Shown: positions 58,728-64,000 of the stretch, in pieces
Numbering within the stretch: position 1 is the first letter of the stretch
Layout of the letters: the number at the start of each line of letters is the position of its first letter
Assembly: GCA_050013255.1 (NCBI GenBank)
Contig: JBEKFP010000002.1
Coordinates: 544,001 to 608,000 of the forward strand
Origin: Candidatus Bathyarchaeia archaeon
GTDB lineage: Archaea; Thermoproteota; Bathyarchaeia; 40CM-2-53-6
Length of the DNA: 64,000 nt
Direction: 5' to 3'
Notes under the pieces: model-generated
What the model was told of the DNA's origin: nothing
The model's input: the letters and a program-made list of their open reading frames with translations, nothing else
Databases searched by the model: none
Program-made: the position numbers and the translations under genes

Positions 58728-59171
58728 CTAGCGTCTCCGTGCAAGCTTGTGCGTGTCTACGTATTCATCTAAGTGTGAGGCGCTTCTGAAGGTTCCGCCT
58801 TTTGCCATCAGGGACAGTTTCCTGTAGACTTGCGTAGTGATGAAGCGTTTATCTCGTAAACTTCGCAGCCTTCGCCTGATTGACCTAATGCGGACAACCC
58901 ATCTTCTCTTGCTGTTATGTGCGCTACCCTTGGTGCTCCCTGGCCCTTTGTGTCGGCCGGCCAGTAGCTCTTGGTGTCTCACCCGTTTCCTACCCCTGCT
59001 TATGCCAACCACGTGGACTTTCCTGATGCTTCCTTCGTGGATTAACTTCCTAATCTCTTCGCGAGTGATGGCTGATGATACTCGGTCCGTGTCTTCAGGG
59101 TCGACCCATACCCTAGTTATTCCTACTTTGAGCAGATCTGCGGCTAGGCGTTTCTGGCTTACTACGCTCAT
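58728..59171 (-). CDS. rpl19e: Ribosomal protein eL19
   Basis: QKRLAA..KVG..RVW, GISRGR, AKGG.F. Confidence 0.95.
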   Translation of the reverse strand: MSVVSQKRLAADLLKVGITRVWVDPEDTDRVSSAITREEIRKLIHEGSIRKVHVVGISRGRKRVRHQELLAGRHKGPGSTKGSAHNSKRRWVVRIRSIRRRLRSLRDKRFITTQVYRKLSLMAKGGTFRSASHLDEYVDTHKLARRR

Positions 59172-59698
59172 TTCTTACTCTTCCTTTTTGTTGCGGTTTT
59201 TGGCTTGGTCTTTTTCTTTGGTTTCTGTTTGGCTGATTCTGTTTCCTTCAGTTTTGCTTCTGCGGTTCCTTCTTTCGTTTCAGGAGTCAGTTCAGAGGGG
59301 GTAGGTTCTCCAATCGTAGGTTCTGCGGGCACTTCAGGTAACGCTTCAGCCCGTTTCTTCAGCCCTGGGTTAAGAATCCGAATGTTTGCCTTCTTTGCTT
59401 CGTCGATAATTTGGACGCGTTTGTTTTCGCCAACTGTGTGTGCGATTCTTGCGACCTGGAGCTTTGGGTCTAAGCCTATCAGGTCCTTTGCCCGCCACAC
59501 CAAAACTTCCCTTAGGCCTGATGGGTGGAGGCCTCTGGTGGCTCGTGGTCTTGAGTAACCTATCTTCACTACTGCGGGCCAGCCTTTCTTGCTACGCCTG
59601 ACACGGCTCGTTTTTCCGTGTGGAGCGCGCCAGGGCTCTTTGACTCTCTTGTAGCGCCAACTTTCCTCCCTGACGAAACGAGGCCTGCGGTAGGACAT
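59168..59698 (-). CDS. rpl32e: Ribosomal protein eL32 with C-terminal extension
   Basis: RPRFVREES, WRAPHG, RGLHPSG, RILNP plus ~60 extra aa. Confidence 0.93.
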   Translation of the reverse strand: MSYRRPRFVREESWRYKRVKEPWRAPHGKTSRVRRSKKGWPAVVKIGYSRPRATRGLHPSGLREVLVWRAKDLIGLDPKLQVARIAHTVGENKRVQIIDEAKKANIRILNPGLKKRAEALPEVPAEPTIGEPTPSELTPETKEGTAEAKLKETESAKQKPKKKTKPKTATKRKSKK

Positions 59699-59699
59699 G

Positions 59700-60251
59700 T
59701 TACATGCCTTCCTTCTTTTCGAAAATGTATATGCCGTCTAGGAATACGCGCTGGTCTTTCTCTCGAATTATGGTTGCGTATTGGATGTTGGCGGCCGTCT
59801 GGCTAACGTCGCCGAGGCTAGTTCCTTGAACGTGAATTTCGTCGCCAGCTATTTTGACTTTGACGCTTCCAATGATTTTTGCGTTTCGGGGCGTCTTCTC
59901 GCCCGTGAAGTTGTCGATTGTAAGCTTTTTCTCCTTCTCGTCGACTTTGACGGTTATCGGAAAGTGAGCGTAAACAAGCTTGAGCTTGTATGTGTATCCT
60001 GACGACACGCCGCGAATCATGTTGCGGACGTGGGCCAGGGCTGTACCGACGAGGGCCACTTCACGTTTCCGAGCCCACGGGCTGTAAACGCGAAGAGACT
60101 GGCCCTCCAAGGCAAATTGTACAGGCAGGTGGGAGAAATCCTCTTCGAGTGTTCCCTTCGGTCCGACAGCTTTGATTCTTCTTCCATCCACGTTAAGTTG
60201 AACGCCCTCAGGGATGGGTATTGATCTTTGCGCGAGTTCGACGAGTACCAT
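59700..60251 (-). CDS. rpl6: Ribosomal protein uL6
   Basis: IPEGV, GPKG, YAHFP, DQRVFLDGIY. Confidence 0.95.
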   Translation of the reverse strand: MVLVELAQRSIPIPEGVQLNVDGRRIKAVGPKGTLEEDFSHLPVQFALEGQSLRVYSPWARKREVALVGTALAHVRNMIRGVSSGYTYKLKLVYAHFPITVKVDEKEKKLTIDNFTGEKTPRNAKIIGSVKVKIAGDEIHVQGTSLGDVSQTAANIQYATIIREKDQRVFLDGIYIFEKKEGM

Positions 60252-60262
60252 GATTTCCAATC

Positions 60263-60427
60263 CTACATGTACTTCTTGAACCCTAGGCTTGGGGCTAGTT
60301 CACGGAAGCATTGGCGGCATAGGTAGATGTCGTACTTGCGAATTACGGGGCCGTACTGGCCGCATCTTCTACAGGGCCTGCTACCCTTGCCGTATTTTCT
60401 GACTTTCTTCGGTTTCAGTTTAGCCAA
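60263..60427 (-). CDS. rps14: Ribosomal protein uS14 (not in ORF track)
   Basis: [44 protein letters not shown]. Confidence 0.95.
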   Translation of the reverse strand: MAKLKPKKVRKYGKGSRPCRRCGQYGPVIRKYDIYLCRQCFRELAPSLGFKKYM

Positions 60428-60433
60428 GTGTGC

Positions 60434-60973
60434 CTAGGCCTCCCGAATCTGAACAGCGAATTTTGCCGTCATGAAGTTAATAGCGTCATCTTTGGAAACT
60501 CGGTGCCATTTTCCGACAGGTGCCGGCCTTATTCTTTTTCTCTTGATTCTGAAACCAGGCCGTTCGAGTGTTCCTATAACGTCCATTCCGAATATGCCTA
60601 GTTCAGGAACATATTTGGTTCCAGGAATTTCAATGTGCTCTTTGATTCCGAAGGCGAAGTTACCATGTTCATCGAAACTCGACCTCTTCAAAGTATTTGA
60701 CACTGCATCGAGGCCTCGTTTTAGAAAGGTTACAGCCTTTTCTCCTCTGAGCGTTGTCATGCAAGCGATGGGTTCGCCTTCGCGGATTCCGAATTCTTTT
60801 ATAGTCATCTTGGCTTGTCTGGTGCAAGGCTTTTGTGCTGTGATTTCTTGAAGAACCTTCCTTGCTTTCTCAAGCATTTCGCCTGACTTACCAACGCCTA
60901 TGTGCACTACGACCTTCGCTAGTCTGACTTCCCGCATGGGGTTTTTGGGTAGTGTTTCGGTAACTGTTTGCAT
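60434..60973 (-). CDS. rpl5: Ribosomal protein uL5
   Basis: NPMREV, FGIREG, FDEHGNFAFGIKEHI. Confidence 0.96.
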   Translation of the reverse strand: MQTVTETLPKNPMREVRLAKVVVHIGVGKSGEMLEKARKVLQEITAQKPCTRQAKMTIKEFGIREGEPIACMTTLRGEKAVTFLKRGLDAVSNTLKRSSFDEHGNFAFGIKEHIEIPGTKYVPELGIFGMDVIGTLERPGFRIKRKRIRPAPVGKWHRVSKDDAINFMTAKFAVQIREA

Positions 60974-60976
60974 TGT

Positions 60977-61717
60977 CTAGGCCTCCAGTTTTATCGCGGG
61001 TTTATCGGTGCCCACAACAAACGTGTAGTCTACCATCGTCTCAAACTTGTTGCCCGTGCTGTCTTCTAGGGTTACCATTGCCGGCCTCGTGGCGGTTCCG
61101 GCTTGTAGTTCCAAGATCTTTCCGCTTTTGCCTAGGTTTCTGCCTGCGATGACGATTGCGAAATTGCCTTTCTCAAATTTGATTTGGTTTAGGACGCGTT
61201 GGGTTGGAATGCTGACCTTCAATGTGTCATTCGTTGAGTAAGCGGCCGTTTGGCTTTCTGTTGGCGGGACGGCGAGGGTACGGCCATCGTGTGTTCCGTA
61301 ATGGACGCGGCCACCTGGTGCTACTCCCTTCCGGAGGACTTTGCAGAGTTTGAATTTTGTTTCCTCTTTCGGTATCTTGACGAGTGAGAGGCCTTTCCCC
61401 GCGATGGGAAGGACTCTAAAAGCAGTATTGGCGTCGGTGAATTCTATCACATCCATCAAGCCGGTCGGGTGATTCCTAGCGCGCCTGGGTCGCCCGTCCA
61501 CTCTCACCTTTCCGCCAGCCAAGATGCTGCCAACTTCCCTTCTGTTCCTACCTAGGGATAGTTCGTCTCGGATTACTATTTCTAAGGGCAGACAAATTGC
61601 AGAAGCGTGGGCTCCTGGGTCTGGTTTCGGGACCCATGTTGACTCCTTTCGGTGGACTGGCCAGAAGCTAGGGGAGGCTAGCCGTTTGAGGTGCTTAAGT
61701 CCACCCTTGTTTCCCAT
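60977..61717 (-). CDS. rps4e: Ribosomal protein eS4
   Basis: HLKRLASP..W, GLMDVI, HDGR. Confidence 0.95.
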   Translation of the reverse strand: MGNKGGLKHLKRLASPSFWPVHRKESTWVPKPDPGAHASAICLPLEIVIRDELSLGRNRREVGSILAGGKVRVDGRPRRARNHPTGLMDVIEFTDANTAFRVLPIAGKGLSLVKIPKEETKFKLCKVLRKGVAPGGRVHYGTHDGRTLAVPPTESQTAAYSTNDTLKVSIPTQRVLNQIKFEKGNFAIVIAGRNLGKSGKILELQAGTATRPAMVTLEDSTGNKFETMVDYTFVVGTDKPAIKLEA

Positions 61718-61719
61718 TC

Positions 61720-62166
61720 TTAGGCCCCTGCCTCTACGTTGGTAGTGGTCTTTGGCCGAGATACTTTGATGGACTCCGCTCGCCATTTGTCATCGAGGTT
61801 CAGCTTTGTGATCCGAACCTTCGAACAGTTAACAGAAACGTTCGCGGATGTTCCTGCGGTCTTTTCTCTTTGAACGCCTTCAACGAATAATCGTTGCCTG
61901 CGTGTGTCTATGTCAGTTATTTTTCCTTCAATTCCGGCAAAGTCGCCCCTTACGATCTTCACGGTGTCACCCTTCCTAACTGGGTAAGAGCGTCTTTCTT
62001 GAGTTGTCCGTAACTCACGGGAAAGAGGTGCAGTCAAGAACCTTCTAAGGCGATGTGCGGGTGCCTCGTAAATCATTTTTCGCTGTTTCGAGGGCTTCTT
62101 CGTTACGAGGCGCATTAATTTCATCTTCAGATAATGATGCTCGCTAGGTTGGCTACTCTTGGCCAA
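61720..62166 (-). CDS. rpl24: Ribosomal protein uL24
   Basis: [19 protein letters not shown]; true start probably at MKLMR. Confidence 0.94.
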   Translation of the reverse strand: MAKSSQPSEHHYLKMKLMRLVTKKPSKQRKMIYEAPAHRLRRFLTAPLSRELRTTQERRSYPVRKGDTVKIVRGDFAGIEGKITDIDTRRQRLFVEGVQREKTAGTSANVSVNCSKVRITKLNLDDKWRAESIKVSRPKTTTNVEAGA

Positions 62167-62564
62167 CGTTCGGCCGCTTCTCTTGCCACAGGCCCGCGAA
62201 TTTCCGTCCCTTTCAATTCGCCTTCGGGGGTCATGATGACGGCAGCGTTGTCGTGGAAGGAAAGTCTCGTTCCGTCTGGGCGTCTGAAAAGCCTGACCTG
62301 CCGAACGACTACGGCTGGAAACATCTGCCGTCTAAGGTCAGGGGTTCCTTTAGAAACGGAAACCATTACCATGTCGCCTACACAGGCTGATGGGACGCGT
62401 CTCAGGCGGCTGTGATAACCGAAAACCTGTATGATTTTGAGTTCTTTCGCCCCCGTGTTGTCAGCGCAGCTGACCCTGCAACCGTTAGGCAATCCTCGTG
62501 CAATTTTCGGCCGGTATTCTACCATGCCCTTCGCACTGACCGCACGAGTTTTAGGGGCTGGCAT
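62127..62564 (-). CDS. rpl14: Ribosomal protein uL14
   Basis: [26 protein letters not shown]. Confidence 0.96.
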   Translation of the reverse strand: MPAPKTRAVSAKGMVEYRPKIARGLPNGCRVSCADNTGAKELKIIQVFGYHSRLRRVPSACVGDMVMVSVSKGTPDLRRQMFPAVVVRQVRLFRRPDGTRLSFHDNAAVIMTPEGELKGTEIRGPVAREAAERWPRVANLASIII

Positions 62565-62639
62565 TTTGCTTTCACGTAAGGCGCTGCAGAATGCGCCTGA
62601 AACAAATTAAGGTTATGTTGAGAAGAAGGGAACGCTACT

Positions 62640-62969
62640 TCATCTTAGCCCGGTCAGTTTCTCGACGACTACGAAGGCGACTTCCTTGCTAATTGGTCGG
62701 CATTCTGCGATCTTAACCCGGTCTCCTTCATGAACTTCTAAACAGGGAGGGCTATGCGCCATGATGCGGCTTCTGCGTTTCTCATAACGAGTGTATTTGC
62801 GGACGTAATTCAAGTAATCCCTCTCGACGGTTACTGTCTTCGTCATCTTAGTGCTCACGACTTTCCCATCCAAGAACTTCCGTCTAACGGACAATTGACC
62901 GTGGAAGGGGCAGTTACGGTCGTCGCAGGACTTCTTGGGGGCTTTTGCACCAATTCCTATGTCAGACAT
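62640..62969 (-). CDS. rps17: Ribosomal protein uS17
   Basis: [24 protein letters not shown]. Confidence 0.96.
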   Translation of the reverse strand: MSDIGIGAKAPKKSCDDRNCPFHGQLSVRRKFLDGKVVSTKMTKTVTVERDYLNYVRKYTRYEKRRSRIMAHSPPCLEVHEGDRVKIAECRPISKEVAFVVVEKLTGLR

Positions 62970-63253
62970 TACCAGCGCCTCACTTTAGTCTTCAACCTAT
63001 TCTCTGGTTTCGCTACTAACCGTTCGCCGTCCACGTCCACGCGGACGCCGCCTGGCAGGTCGAACCTGAACGTAGCAACATTCTTCGGAATCATGACTCT
63101 TCTTCTCTTAGCGTTTATCATTAGCATGTTCTTTGTTTCATCGACGACGACGCCGCGAATTCCCTCAATCATCGGGTTGTTTGCGTGCATGACCTTCACA
63201 GTCAGACCGATTAATTCGTGGCGAAGAATGTTCTGTGGTGTAATCTCGCTCAT
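62969..63253 (-). CDS. rnp1: RNase P protein Rpp29/Pop4
   Basis: [23 protein letters not shown]. Confidence 0.93.
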   Translation of the reverse strand: MSEITPQNILRHELIGLTVKVMHANNPMIEGIRGVVVDETKNMLMINAKRRRVMIPKNVATFRFDLPGGVRVDVDGERLVAKPENRLKTKVRRW

Positions 63254-63468
63254 GCCTTAGGCGTCTCCGGTAGGACTTTTTCATGTGATATGGTGAGGAT
63301 GCGTGCGACGGTTCGTTTCAGTTCGCGAATTCTCCCCGCATTCTCGACGGTTCCTCCAGATTTCACGTTGGTGCGTAGTTTCGTGAGTTCCGTCCGCAGC
63401 TCCGCTAACTTCTTGTTTCGTTCTTCTGGAAGTAACTGCCTGATCTCACGCTTTCTTAGTATCGGCAA
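63250..63468 (-). CDS. rpl29: Ribosomal protein uL29
   Basis: LRKREIR..LAELRTEL..GRIRELKRTVARILT. Confidence 0.93.
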   Translation of the reverse strand: MPILRKREIRQLLPEERNKKLAELRTELTKLRTNVKSGGTVENAGRIRELKRTVARILTISHEKVLPETPKA

Positions 63469-64000
63469 CCTCAGCCACCTCTTGAACTGTTCCCGCTTCT
63501 GCTGCAACTTCCTGTATTACAGGTTTGGGTAACGGTGGGGCTTCACCCCTCTCTTTGATAACTGGCCTGTCAGGAAGAACAACGTTCGGGGGCATGAGCC
63601 TGACGCTTATCCCAAAGAGCCCTTGCTTTAGTTGGGTATCAACAACTGCAGTTCGCAGTATCTTGGTGATTGCCTCCCCAACTGCGGGCAAGTATCCAGC
63701 TCGGTATTTCTCGTAGCGTGCTCTATCGGTTGTCAGTTTACCCCGAATCGCTATCTCTACTCCGAGTGCCCCAGCTTCGACTGTTCGTTGAAGTGCCCAG
63801 TAGGCTGCACGCCTGAAATGGATACCCCGTTGGAGTGCCATAGCAATCTGGGACGCTACCACCTTAGGGTCGAGTTCGGGCGCGTCTATCGTCGCAACTG
63901 AGACCTGTGGGTTTTCTATCCCAAAACGTTGCTCTAGGATCTGTGTTAGGTCTCGTATGCTTTGGCCGCGCCTGCCTATGACAAGGCCTGGTTTCGCCGC
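63446..64000 (-). CDS. rps3: Ribosomal protein uS3 (5' partial)
   Basis: KPGLVIGRRG KH motif, RGIHFRRA, GKL..RAR. Confidence 0.95.
   Translation of the reverse strand, partial: AAKPGLVIGRRGQSIRDLTQILEQRFGIENPQVSVATIDAPELDPKVVASQIAMALQRGIHFRRAAYWALQRTVEAGALGVEIAIRGKLTTDRARYEKYRAGYLPAVGEAITKILRTAVVDTQLKQGLFGISVRLMPPNVVLPDRPVIKERGEAPPLPKPVIQEVAAEAGTVQEVAEVADTKKA

Noticed and set aside
63250-63253. Absence of aIF1/SUI1 between L29 and Rpp29, and of rpoK after rpoN
   Set aside because: These positions vary among archaea, so the absence is not informative
8-63901. Numerous antisense or overlapping ORFs in the six-frame track (e.g. 1571-1957, 13510-13869, 21149-21640, 49625-49861, 58125-58658)
   Set aside because: Shadows of well-supported genes or the tRNA, with no independent motifs

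Overview
Archaeal chromosomal window, most likely Thermoproteota/TACK and resembling Bathyarchaeia (eS4/eL14/eL32/eL34, Fe-S RpoD, thermosome, ether-lipid enzymes, BHB introns; lineage is an inference). Core content: elp3, Sm, nucS, radA, pyrC, thermosome, gltX, a mevalonate/archaeol cluster, the S13-S4/rpoD-L18e-L13-S9-rpoN-S2 cluster and the S10/spc-type ribosomal cluster with secY, adk, cmk and cbf5. Main observations: (1) A 3.7-kb single-transposase IS6-family element (15197-18918) has bipartite inverted ends, an intact 8-bp target duplication and membrane-protein cargo. It heads a stack of further IS6-type ends and remnants just upstream of the thermosome promoter. (2) Four KaiC/RAD55-like paralogs all lack Walker A. 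Three share an 18-bp upstream motif, and they lie around a tRNA-Ser 3'-end direct repeat. (3) A 19-nt BHB mRNA intron splits the catalytic Asp codon of cbf5. (4) The tRNA-Ser appears to carry two introns. (5) uS8, uL18, uL30 and uS11 are absent from their conserved operon slots. (6) A haloarchaea-type phosphomevalonate decarboxylase occurs with a class II HMG-CoA reductase. No CRISPR array or rRNA was seen. All family calls come from motif recognition by eye; no database searches were run.
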